NCBI GenBank assembly: GCA_963702005.1
Contig: OY969696.1
Coordinates: 576,001-640,000, forward strand
DNA: 64,000 bases
Direction: 5' to 3'
Source: Candidatus Aminicenantes bacterium
GTDB taxonomy: Bacteria; Acidobacteriota; Aminicenantia; Aminicenantales; JAFGBC01
Both the position numbers and the translations under genes were made by a program. Numbering within the stretch: position 1 is the first letter of the stretch; every line of letters starts with the position of its first letter. This document shows positions 49,042-57,617 of the stretch, piece after piece. The notes below the pieces were generated by a model. That model worked only from the letters and a program-made list of their open reading frames with translations. It did no database searches and had not been told where the DNA came from.

Positions 49042-49167
49042 TTCCCGGTCGTCCCGCGCGGGGCACCGCGGATCCGGGCCCAGATCAGCGGCGTCCACAC
49101 GACCGGGCCGATCGAGTTCGCCCTGGACAAGTTCAAAAAGGTCGGGCGGAAGCTGGGCGCAATCTGA
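49042..49167 (+). pseudogene. 3' remnant of a Kbl/BioF-type aminotransferase gene
   Basis: FPVVPRGAPRIRAQISGVHTTGPIEFALDKFKKVGRKLGAI* aligns by eye with the C-terminus of 59609..60856. Confidence 0.7.
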
Positions 49168-49188
49168 TACAATGAGCCCAAGACATCC

Positions 49189-50556
49189 ATGGGCCAGCCG
49201 CGAACCGGGTTTTTCAAGAAATTCCTGACCTTTGTCCTCAACATCGGCGCCGACCCGTGGGACTCCGAGTATACGCGCCTCATCAAGCGGATCTGGTATG
49301 CGGCCTCGGCCGTGTCCCTGCCCGTGAGCCTCTTCTTCGCCGTCACCGACTTTGGGGCGGGGCGTGCGCTCGGAGGCGCCGGGTTCCTCTTTTCCTTTAT
49401 TCTCTTCCTCGCGGTCCTCGTCGACGGCGCGAGATTCCCGGCCCATTTCGAGCGCAACGCCTTCTTCATCCTCGTCTATTTCGTCATCAGTCCGGCCGTC
49501 CTGACGGTCGTTTACGGCGGGGTCTGGCGCTCCCAGGGGGCCATCATGATCGGGCTTCTGGGCCCGCTCTTCGCCCTGATGTTCCCCAACCGGCGCCGGG
49601 CCCTCTTCCTCTTCGCGCTCTACGCCGCGCTGGTCATGGCTCTCGGGGCTTTCTTGATTTTCCCGGGAGACCGCGGGCTCAAACTGTTCGGGGTCGACCC
49701 CTTCGAGTTCTGGTTCGGATTCCTGATTCTGGTCGCCTTCGTCTTCGGGGCGATTTACTTCTTCGTCGTCCAGCGCGAAAGGGCTCACGTCCTGCTCGGG
49801 AAGGAGAAGGAGAAATCGGAGCGGCTCCTCCGAAGGATCGAGAGCGACCTGGCCCAGGCGGCCGAGATCCAGAAACGCCTACTTCCCTCCGACAATCCGC
49901 GCTTCGAGGGATATGAGGTCGCCGGGGCGAACGTCTCCTGCTACGAGGTGGGGGGCGATTATTACGATTTCGTTCCCATCGACGGCGAGCGGCTGGGTGT
50001 CGTCATCGCCGATGTCTCGGGGAAGGGAATCAGCGCCGCGCTCCTGATGGCCTCTCTCCGGGCGGCCCTCCTGGCCGAGGTGCAGCCGGGATTTGACATC
50101 GCGGCGATGGCCGGCCGGCTCAACGCGTTCGTCCATCGAAGCACGGACTCCAGGAGCTTCATCACCTTCTTCTTCGGCGAGCTCGACCGCCGGACGGGCG
50201 ACCTGCGCTATATCAACGCCGGCCACAACCCTCCCTTCGTCGTCCGGACGTCCGGCGAAACGGCAACGCTGGGCGCGTCCGGATTTGCGCTGGGGATGTT
50301 TCCCGCCGCGAGCTACGTTCCGGGCTCGGTCCGGCTGGGCGCGGGCGACGTCGCCGTCCTGTTCACGGACGGCATCCCGGAGGCGCGGAACGCGGAGGGG
50401 CTCGAATACACGGACGAGAGGTTTCGGAGCCTAGTCGCCGGCCGGCGGGACCTCGCGGCCGCCGACCTGTGCCGGGTCGTCCTCGATGACGTCCGCGCCT
50501 TCGCCGCGTCCGGCCAGCCCTGCGACGATATGACCCTCGTCGTCGTCAAGAAGTAG
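49189..50556 (+). CDS. Membrane-bound PP2C/SpoIIE (RsbU-like) phosphatase
   Basis: N-terminal hydrophobic segments; VGGDYYD, ADVSGKG, NAGH, FTDG, DDMT. Confidence 0.92.
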   Translation: MGQPRTGFFKKFLTFVLNIGADPWDSEYTRLIKRIWYAASAVSLPVSLFFAVTDFGAGRALGGAGFLFSFILFLAVLVDGARFPAHFERNAFFILVYFVISPAVLTVVYGGVWRSQGAIMIGLLGPLFALMFPNRRRALFLFALYAALVMALGAFLIFPGDRGLKLFGVDPFEFWFGFLILVAFVFGAIYFFVVQRERAHVLLGKEKEKSERLLRRIESDLAQAAEIQKRLLPSDNPRFEGYEVAGANVSCYEVGGDYYDFVPIDGERLGVVIADVSGKGISAALLMASLRAALLAEVQPGFDIAAMAGRLNAFVHRSTDSRSFITFFFGELDRRTGDLRYINAGHNPPFVVRTSGETATLGASGFALGMFPAASYVPGSVRLGAGDVAVLFTDGIPEARNAEGLEYTDERFRSLVAGRRDLAAADLCRVVLDDVRAFAASGQPCDDMTLVVVKK

Positions 50557-50578
50557 AAGGCATTATTTCCGACTCGTA

Positions 50579-50618
50579 CAAGCCCAGGCATTCATGCCGG
50601 GGAGTCGGGGGATTGACA
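50579..50618. mobile_element. Partial family-B element (right end only)
   Basis: CAAGCCCAGGCATTCATGCCGGGGAGTCGGGGGATTGAC|A. Confidence 0.6.
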
Positions 50619-50640
50619 ATATTATCAGAATTCTGATAAT
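50613..50640 (+). promoter_or_regulatory. Toxin-antitoxin promoter with operator
   Basis: TTGACA followed by the perfect 20-bp palindrome ATTATCAGAATTCTGATAAT (50621-50640). Confidence 0.75.
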
Positions 50641-50655
50641 CTGAAATTAGAAATC

Positions 50656-50962
50656 ATGACAGAAGATAAGAAACCGAAAGAACTCAAGCCCTATCAAGCC
50701 GAGATCCGCCCGCGCGGTCAGCTCACGATCCCCAAGCAGGTTCGCGAAAAGGGAGCCCTTGACGCGGGCGATTCCGTGTCCATCCTGCCGGTCGGCGACT
50801 CGATTCTGGTCACTCCGCGGCGTCTGGAGCTGGAGGAGGCGCGCCGGGAGATCCGCAAGATCATGAAATCCTCGGGCGCGAGCCTTCGAGAAGCTGCTCG
50901 ACGGGCTTGCTGTGGAACGAGAGGCGCTGGCCAGGGAAACCTATGGATCCAAAAAGACATAG
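50656..50962 (+). CDS. AbrB/MazE-type antitoxin with apparent +1 frameshift near 50885
   Basis: RGQLTIPKQVR motif; the +1 frame continues EKLLDGLAVEREALARETYGSKKT* and overlaps the toxin start. Confidence 0.75.
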
Positions 50963-51410
50963 GGTTTTCCTCGATTCGAACGTCATCCTGTCCGGCCTGT
51001 TTTTAGCGGTGGGGGCGCCCCGTCTGATTCTCGACCTATTGAGCCTGGACCTGCCCGTCCTGGCCGGACTGACGGGCCGCTTCAACCTGGTCGAAATCGA
51101 ACGGAATATTCGGAAAAAAATGCCAAGCGCGCTTCCGGCCTACCGCCGGGTCCTGCCCAAGCTCAAACTCGAGATCGTTCCCCTGCCATCCCCGGCGGAC
51201 CTTCGGCCTCTTTCCGGCGCCACCGATGACAAGGACCTCCCCGTCCTGGCCTCGGTTATTAACGGGAAGGCGAACCACTTCGTGACCGGCGATAAAAAGC
51301 TCGCTGCTTTGATCGGACGGAAAGGCGGATTTTCGTTTAAGACCTCCGGGCCGGCCGAATTCCTGGATAAGGTAATGCCCGAAATCCTGGGCGGAAAGCG
51401 GCGCGGATAG
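50943..51410 (+). CDS. PIN domain (VapC-like) toxin
   Basis: VFLDSNVILS, E..RN, DDKD.PVLA, FVTGDK. Confidence 0.88.
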   Translation: MDPKRHRVFLDSNVILSGLFLAVGAPRLILDLLSLDLPVLAGLTGRFNLVEIERNIRKKMPSALPAYRRVLPKLKLEIVPLPSPADLRPLSGATDDKDLPVLASVINGKANHFVTGDKKLAALIGRKGGFSFKTSGPAEFLDKVMPEILGGKRRG

Positions 51411-51452
51411 GAGTTCAGTTTTCGGCCTTCCGGTTTGATTTTTTATCTCATT

Positions 51453-51687
51453 AGCTCCTCACCAGCCTGCTCAAAGGCTATCCCAAGAATTCCAAGCTCC
51501 TGGACCTCAGGCTCCAATCGGGTTCGCCCGCGATCGATTCGGGCGTCCCGATACCCGGGATTAACGACTCCTACTCCGGCAAGGCCCCCGACATAGGCGC
51601 TTATGAATGGAGCTCGGCCGGAGCCCGCCGACACTGATCGATCGGGGCGTCGATCCTGGTCAGCAACGCCGCACCCGGCATGATTGA
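51453..51687 (+). pseudogene. 3' remnant of a paralog of the beta-helix gene
   Basis: Matches 47509-47729 with mostly third-position differences. Confidence 0.8.
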
Positions 51688-51715
51688 GACCGAGCTCAGG
51701 GTCCGATTTTAACGC

Positions 51716-52846
51716 TTATTCTAGAACGAAGATGTTGTGCTTGGCGGAGATCTCCTTGAGCTCCTTGGGCCAGACAGAAACGGTCACCTCACCCAAATGG
51801 GCTGTGCGCAGCAGGTACATGAAGGTCCGAGACTGCCCTATCCCGCCGCCGATGCTCAGGGGAATCTTGTCGTTCATGATCGCTTGGTGATAGGGAAGCT
51901 TGAGGTTTTCCATCAGATTCGACATCTTCAGCTGCTTCACCAGCGTCTCCTTGGTCACTCGAATTCCCATGGACGTCAGCTCGTGCCGCCGGCGGGTGAC
52001 CGGGTTCCAAACCAGGATGTCACCGTTGAGCCCGTGCGTTGGCTTTCCGCTCATGCTCGACGTATCGGTGATCCAGTCGTCGTAGTCGGCGGCTCTCATC
52101 TCGTGCGGGTAGCCGTCCTCGAGCGGCATGCCGACTCCGATGATGAAGATGGCAGGATATTTCTGGACGACCAGAGTCTCGCGCTGTTTACGCGGCAAAT
52201 CTGGATACATGCTCAGAATATCCTCCGCGTGCAGGAAGGTCAGTTCTTCAGGAAAGTCAGGATATTTCTTCGTTTTGAGCTTCGGGTGGAGTTCCTGAAC
52301 GTACTTCCCGGCGCCCAGGATGACTTTCCAGATCTTATTGACGACGTCCTTGAGGAAATCCAGGTTACGCTCCTCCATGGTCATCACCCGCTCCCAGTCC
52401 CACTGGTCCACATAGGCGCTGTGATCGTGGTCGAGAAAGTAGTCCTTGCGCACTGCCCGCATATCCGTGCAGATGCCCTCGCCCGCCTTGCAGCCAAACT
52501 GGGCCAGGGCTGGCCTTTTCCATTTCGTCGCCGCCTGCACGATCTGGGCGTTAAGCCGTTTTTTAAGCCCGAGCCCGCAGGGAAATTCGATCGGCGTCCG
52601 CGAGCCGTCCCGGTCCAGCATGTCATTGATCCCGCTCTCTCGCTCGACGATCAGAGGGACTTGAACCATTGTCAGGTTCAGCTCCTTGCACAGGCTCTTT
52701 TCGATGTATTCTTTGACCGAAAAAAGGGCTTCCATGCGCTCGAGCGGCGGAAGAACCGCTTGATAGTCGTTGGGCAGGATTTTATCCACTTCCGGGTAGG
52801 TGCTGATCCCCGGGCCTGCCAAGTCTGCTTTCTTGTCTCCGGGCAT
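51716..52846 (-). CDS. asnA: Aspartate-ammonia ligase
   Basis: HSAYVDQWDWE, RAADYDDW, GLNGDILVW, ELTSMGIRV, SIGGGIGQSR. Confidence 0.93.
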   Translation of the reverse strand: MPGDKKADLAGPGISTYPEVDKILPNDYQAVLPPLERMEALFSVKEYIEKSLCKELNLTMVQVPLIVERESGINDMLDRDGSRTPIEFPCGLGLKKRLNAQIVQAATKWKRPALAQFGCKAGEGICTDMRAVRKDYFLDHDHSAYVDQWDWERVMTMEERNLDFLKDVVNKIWKVILGAGKYVQELHPKLKTKKYPDFPEELTFLHAEDILSMYPDLPRKQRETLVVQKYPAIFIIGVGMPLEDGYPHEMRAADYDDWITDTSSMSGKPTHGLNGDILVWNPVTRRRHELTSMGIRVTKETLVKQLKMSNLMENLKLPYHQAIMNDKIPLSIGGGIGQSRTFMYLLRTAHLGEVTVSVWPKELKEISAKHNIFVLE

Positions 52847-52936
52847 TCTTTTACTCCTTATTCAAAAATTTATAATCCTAAGACTATTTTAAAAACTCGA
52901 AAAATGATCGCTATTATAAAAAACTTAAGCTTGGTC

Positions 52937-54295
52937 TGTCAACCTGCCGCATTGAATCACGTAAAATGTTACCGAAGGAAAGCCCGTTGAATCATATAAA
53001 ATGTTACCCAAATCTCCTAAAGGATAGGGTGACATGGATAGGATGGACATGCGATCACGAGAACAGTATCTGAAAGCTCTCTTGGGACGGTATCTCAGGG
53101 CCCGAAAAAGGGGGAAGAGCGCGCTTTTAGACGAATACTGCCGCAATACGGGCCTGGCGCGCAAGTCTGTTCTGCGGAAGATGGCCAGCCTCCTTAAGGG
53201 GGACTCGCGGCCCCGGAAGGCGAGACGGCGGGTGTACGGAAGGCCTGTGCGGGTGGCCCTAGAGACGCTCTGGGAGATCTTCGATCGGCCTTGCGGCCAG
53301 AGGCTGAAGCCCTTGGTCGAGGAGGAGTTGGGTAGGCTTCGCGCTTTGGGTGAGCTTGAGGTCGATGAGAAGACCGCCCGGCAACTTCGGCGGGTCTCGC
53401 CGGCCACGATCGACCGCCTCCTGAAGTCGAGGAAGACCGAATGGATCGCCCAACGGCGCTACGGGCGGGTCGGGGGGAATCTCATCGCCAAGAAGATCCC
53501 GCTGAAAATGACCGATTGGGACCTCCACCAAGTCGGGTTCCTGGAGATGGACTTGGTTCTCCACTGCGGGGCTTCGACGGCCGGCGAGTATGCCCACAGC
53601 CTCTCCGCCCTGGAGATCGGCTCGACCTGGTGGGAGGGCGAGGCGGTAATGGGCCGCGCCCAGGGCCGGATTTTCGATGCTATCAAGAAGATCCGGGCCA
53701 GGACCCCCTTCACCTGGCGGGGGATCGACTCGGACAACGACAACGCCTTCATCAACGATCAGCTCTACCGGTACACCCAGGAGGAGGGACTGGCCTTCAC
53801 CCGGTCCCGGCCCTATCGCAAGAACGACAACGCCTATATCGAACAGAAGAACTTCACCCATGTCCGCCGGCCGCTGGGCTACCTGCGCTATGACACCCCC
53901 GAAGAGCTGAACCTGATAAACGATCTATACAGAAACGAGCTGCGGCTCTTCAAGAACTTCTTCCAGCCGGTAATGAGACTCGAGCGCAAGGAACGGGTCG
54001 ATGGGAAGACCCGCAGGCGCTATGCGAAGCCCCAGACGCCCTATCGGATCCTCCGGGAGTTGGGGCAACTCCCCCCGGAGGCCCTCAAAACCCTGGACGA
54101 CCTCTATCGCAGTCTCAATCCCGCCGACTTGAAGCGTCGGATCGACCAGAAGCTGAAGAGACTTTTTACCCTGTATGAGAAGAAACGCAAGGGGCTTGTC
54201 CAGGTCGATCCTTACAAAAAACTCGATCCTTCTTCGGTATCATTTTCGGTGATGCAATGACTACCGTTTCGGTAACATGGTTATATGAGTTGACA
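52937..54295 (+). mobile_element. Insertion sequence (ISNCY/ISLbi1-like DDE type), ends approximate
   Basis: TGTCAAC...GTTGACA termini; two TCA-N4-AAATGTTACC-like sites at each end in inverted orientation. Confidence 0.75.
53034..54260 (+). CDS. DDE-type integrase/transposase
   Basis: SPATIDR, EMDLVLHCG, IDSDN, FTRSRPYRKNDNAYIEQKN. Confidence 0.9.
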   Translation: MDRMDMRSREQYLKALLGRYLRARKRGKSALLDEYCRNTGLARKSVLRKMASLLKGDSRPRKARRRVYGRPVRVALETLWEIFDRPCGQRLKPLVEEELGRLRALGELEVDEKTARQLRRVSPATIDRLLKSRKTEWIAQRRYGRVGGNLIAKKIPLKMTDWDLHQVGFLEMDLVLHCGASTAGEYAHSLSALEIGSTWWEGEAVMGRAQGRIFDAIKKIRARTPFTWRGIDSDNDNAFINDQLYRYTQEEGLAFTRSRPYRKNDNAYIEQKNFTHVRRPLGYLRYDTPEELNLINDLYRNELRLFKNFFQPVMRLERKERVDGKTRRRYAKPQTPYRILRELGQLPPEALKTLDDLYRSLNPADLKRRIDQKLKRLFTLYEKKRKGLVQVDPYKKLDPSSVSFSVMQ

Positions 54296-54352
54296 CGCCT
54301 GCGGGTGGCAACTACAGCTTGGAGCTCCATTTTGACATCTTAATTAATTTAT

Positions 54353-54433
54353 TTATTGTAATTTATCTCGACCGGCGGCGCCAGTGGCGATCGTCTTCAA
54401 GAAATCCCGGCGCGGCATATTCGTTCGGCTCAT
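54353..54433 (-). pseudogene. 5' remnant (Tat leader) resembling the start of the aldo/keto reductase gene
   Basis: MSRTNMPRRDFLKTIATGAAG then stop, versus MNRPRMPRRTFLKTIAATAA at 45643; GGAGG RBS retained. Confidence 0.6.
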
Positions 54434-54532
54434 GGCTTGTTCCTCCCGGAATTAACTCCCTCCGCGGGATTCCACTCCTTCTTCTCCGTTGCTCCCCGGG
54501 GCGGAATCTGCTAAAAGGTGCCTAAGACGTCA

Positions 54533-54655
54533 ATGGGCCAGCCGAGATCCGGGCTTTCCCGGAGACTCCTGAACTCCGTCCTCAACATCGGCGCCGACCC
54601 GCAAGACTCCGAATACACCCGCCTCATCAAGCGGACCGAGGCGGCATCAACTTAG
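54533..54655 (+). pseudogene. 5' remnant of a paralog of the PP2C gene
   Basis: MGQPRSGLSRRLLNSVLNIGADPQDSEYTRLIKR versus MGQPRTGFFKKFLTFVLNIGADPWDSEYTRLIKR at 49189. Confidence 0.8.
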
Positions 54656-54707
54656 GATGAAACTATCAGCTGCCGGAAGGCGGTAATCTGCTGAGAAGCC
54701 GGATTCT

Positions 54708-56966
54708 TCAGAGCTCAAAATGCTCCCACTCGTACTTCACACGCTCCATGAGCTTCTTGAAGCGCGCCTCGCCGCGGATGTTGGCCAGGAAGGGGTCCTT
54801 TTCGGCGAGCAGGGGGTAATTGGACATACCGAGGTTCACATCCTGCTCCAGCCAGTCGATCGCCCGCTCCTTTTCGTCGATCAGGGCAAGACACTCGGTC
54901 TTCCAATAGGCGCTCTGAAAATCCCACGGTTTCCGGAGGCTGGGATTCGAGTCCAGCATGGCCAACGTCTCGGACCTTTTTCCTTCTAAGGCAAATTTAA
55001 AAGCCATGCCCAGGCTTGCGAAGAGGGTCCCCGGCTGTTCTCGAGCGACTTGTTCGAAGATCAAGCCGGCTTCCTCCTTCTTGTCCAGATAAGCAAGGCT
55101 CAGGCCATAGCTCCATTTCGTCAGCACATCTTCGGGGAACGAACGATGGAGCCGGCCCAGGACCTCAAGGGCCAAGGCGTACTCTCCTTCCCAGAGCCTG
55201 TTGAATCCGGAGTGAAAATGGGCCGCGGCATTGAGAGGATCGATCTTGATGGTCCTTTCCTCGAGCGGCATGACGTCGCGCTTTCGGCCCAGCGTTCCGA
55301 GGAGACAGCTGAAAAAGAACAGAGCATCGAAATCGTTGGGGGCCTTATCCAGGACGCGCTTGAAGCATCGGATCCCCTCTTTCGGCTGATGCCAGGCGAT
55401 GAGCACGGCCCGGACAAAGCTGGCATTTGGGCAGTCCGGATCCAGGGCAAAGGCCTTTTGGACATACTCCTCGGCCTGCTTCCGGCAGGATTCCTCCTCC
55501 CTGATGCCGAGGTTGAAATATTGGAAATGGACATAGGCCATGCCCGCATAGAGAAGCGCGTTCTCCCCGACGATTTCGAGGCCGTTCCGGAGGTATCTCA
55601 GCGCGTTTTCCAGCCCCGCCTCCGTCCACTTGAGTATTTCCTGCCTGGCTTTGAGATAGAATTCGTAGGCCAGGGGGCTCGGGATCGGCCGCTCGATGAG
55701 GCGCTCGGCTTCTTCCGGCGTCAGCTTGAGTTTCAGGGCATCGACGATGGAGCGCGACACCTTCTCCTGGATATCGAACACGTCGTCCAGTGTGCCAGTG
55801 TATTTGTCTGCCCAAAGATGGGCGTCGTTGGCGGCATCGATGAGCTGGGCGGTGATGCGCAGGCTGTTGCCGGCTTTTCGGACGCTTCCCTCCAGAACGT
55901 ATCGGACATGAACCTCCCGGGCTATGGCCGGGATATCCTTTTTCGTTCCCTTGAACATCATGGACGAGGTCCGGGAGATCACTCGAAGGGAATGGATCTT
56001 GGACAGGTCCGAGATGAGCTCCTCGGTCATGCCGTCGCAGAAGTAATCCTGCTCCGGGTCCGGGCTGATATTCCCGAACGGCAGGACGATGATCGATATC
56101 TCCGGCTGGGGAACGCTCCTGCCCGAAGTCCGGGCGGCCTTGAGGTCGGCGAGGATCTTGGCCATGTTCTGGTAGCGGAGGGATTTGTCCTTCTCGAGAG
56201 CCTTTTGCACGATCCGCTCGAGCAGAACGGGGATGTCCGGGCGGAGACGGGTCAAAGGCTCGGGCGCCTCGTGCAATATGGAATAAATCAGAGCCTGGTC
56301 GCTTCTCCTGCCGAACGGCATCCGGCCGGACAGCATCTCGTAGAGCGTCGCCCCGAACGACCAGATGTCCGTGCGCTGGTCTACCGCCTCGGCTCTGGCC
56401 TGCTCCGGAGACATGTAGGCGACCGTTCCCATGACCGCCATGCTTCTGGTGATGTCGGCGGCGCCCGTGAGCTTGGCCAGTCCGAAGTCCATGATCTTCG
56501 CCTGGCCCTTGTCCGTCAGCATGATGTTCGCCGGCTTGATGTCCCGGTGAATGATGCCTCGCTCGTGAGCTTCCTTGAGCCCCTCGGCAACCTGGCCTGC
56601 GATCTCCAGAGCTTCCTCTATGGCCAAAGGCTCGGCCGCGATCCTGTCCTTGAGGCTGCGGCCCCTGATGTAAGGCATGGCGATATACGTCTTGCCTTCG
56701 GCCTCGCCGATTTCGAAGACGGGACAGATATTCGGGTGATCCAGGGCCGCGGCAGCCTGGGCTTCCTGGATAAAACGAGTCTTGGCTTGGACGTCTTTGG
56801 TCAGTTCGGGCGGCAGGAACTTGAGGGCGACGGTCCGCTTGAGCTTGGTATCCTCGGCCTCGTAGACGACGCCCATGCCGCCCTCCCCGAGTTTGCCGAG
56901 AATCCGGTAATGAGAAATCGTGGCAATCATAGCCTTGGGAGCTTTCCTCCCGTCGGCGGCATTCAT
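54708..56966 (-). CDS. Hanks-type Ser/Thr kinase with TolB-N-like and TPR regions
   Basis: LGEGGMGVVY, VALK, HRDIKPAN, DFG, YMSPEQ; IIVLPF.N...QDYFCDGMTEELI; helical repeats. Confidence 0.93.
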   Translation of the reverse strand: MNAADGRKAPKAMIATISHYRILGKLGEGGMGVVYEAEDTKLKRTVALKFLPPELTKDVQAKTRFIQEAQAAAALDHPNICPVFEIGEAEGKTYIAMPYIRGRSLKDRIAAEPLAIEEALEIAGQVAEGLKEAHERGIIHRDIKPANIMLTDKGQAKIMDFGLAKLTGAADITRSMAVMGTVAYMSPEQARAEAVDQRTDIWSFGATLYEMLSGRMPFGRRSDQALIYSILHEAPEPLTRLRPDIPVLLERIVQKALEKDKSLRYQNMAKILADLKAARTSGRSVPQPEISIIVLPFGNISPDPEQDYFCDGMTEELISDLSKIHSLRVISRTSSMMFKGTKKDIPAIAREVHVRYVLEGSVRKAGNSLRITAQLIDAANDAHLWADKYTGTLDDVFDIQEKVSRSIVDALKLKLTPEEAERLIERPIPSPLAYEFYLKARQEILKWTEAGLENALRYLRNGLEIVGENALLYAGMAYVHFQYFNLGIREEESCRKQAEEYVQKAFALDPDCPNASFVRAVLIAWHQPKEGIRCFKRVLDKAPNDFDALFFFSCLLGTLGRKRDVMPLEERTIKIDPLNAAAHFHSGFNRLWEGEYALALEVLGRLHRSFPEDVLTKWSYGLSLAYLDKKEEAGLIFEQVAREQPGTLFASLGMAFKFALEGKRSETLAMLDSNPSLRKPWDFQSAYWKTECLALIDEKERAIDWLEQDVNLGMSNYPLLAEKDPFLANIRGEARFKKLMERVKYEWEHFEL

Positions 56967-57087
56967 GGTTTCCCCTGCTTGGAAATTTGGCTTACTCGGG
57001 CCTAGGGTAACAACATTAGGGCGTCTCCGTCAATGGGGCGTTAGGAAGAAACCTCCCAATCTCCCTCGCCTCCCGGCAGCCCGGTCT

Positions 57088-57169
57088 TTGACATTTCGCG
57101 GCGCTTATTTATAATAAAGGTCCTAAGTCGGACCCTAATTTAATTTTTATTAAGCGTCCGACTTAGGAC
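57088..57169 (+). promoter_or_regulatory. Consensus sigma70 promoter followed by a 14-bp inverted repeat
   Basis: TTGACA-16 bp-TATAAT (57088-57115); GTCCTAAGTCGGAC (57120-57133) and GTCCGACTTAGGAC (57156-57169). Confidence 0.75.
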
Positions 57170-57186
57170 GAAAGGCATGTAAGTCG

Positions 57187-57594
57187 TTGATCTTCGGGAT
57201 GGGTACGGACATCATCGAGGTCCAGCGGGTGGAGGAGAAGCTGGCCCGCACCCGGGGCCTCCGCGAGAAGGTTTTCAGCCCGCGCGAGATCGAATACTGC
57301 GAGTCCAAGCACCGGCCCGGCCTCCACTTCGCGGCCCGCTTCGCGGCCAAGGAGGCGTTCCTGAAGGCCATGGGCACGGGATGGAGCGGAGGGCACGCCT
57401 TCACCGAGATCGAGATCGTCGACAACGCCCTGGGCAAGCCGGAGCTGTTCGTCTACGGCAAGGTCAAGGACTTCTGCGAGGCTAACGGGATCGCCGGGAT
57501 GGAGGTCTCGCTGTCCCATATCAAGGACCTGGCCCAGGCCGTCGTCGTCCTGGAACGGGGCCCGGCTCCTGAGCCGGACTCTTTTCAAAGGTAG
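57187..57594 (+). CDS. acpS: Holo-ACP synthase (phosphopantetheinyl transferase)
   Basis: GMGTDIIE, FAARFAAKEAFLKAMGTG, GKP, VSLSH. Confidence 0.95.
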   Translation: MIFGMGTDIIEVQRVEEKLARTRGLREKVFSPREIEYCESKHRPGLHFAARFAAKEAFLKAMGTGWSGGHAFTEIEIVDNALGKPELFVYGKVKDFCEANGIAGMEVSLSHIKDLAQAVVVLERGPAPEPDSFQR

Positions 57595-57617
57595 AAATTC
57601 CGTCGAAAGAGGCTTTC

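Noticed and set aside
47509-51687. Diversity-generating retroelement (template/variable repeat pair) at the beta-helix gene 3' end
   Set aside because: Mismatches involve all four bases and are mostly synonymous rather than adenine-specific; no reverse transcriptase in the window.
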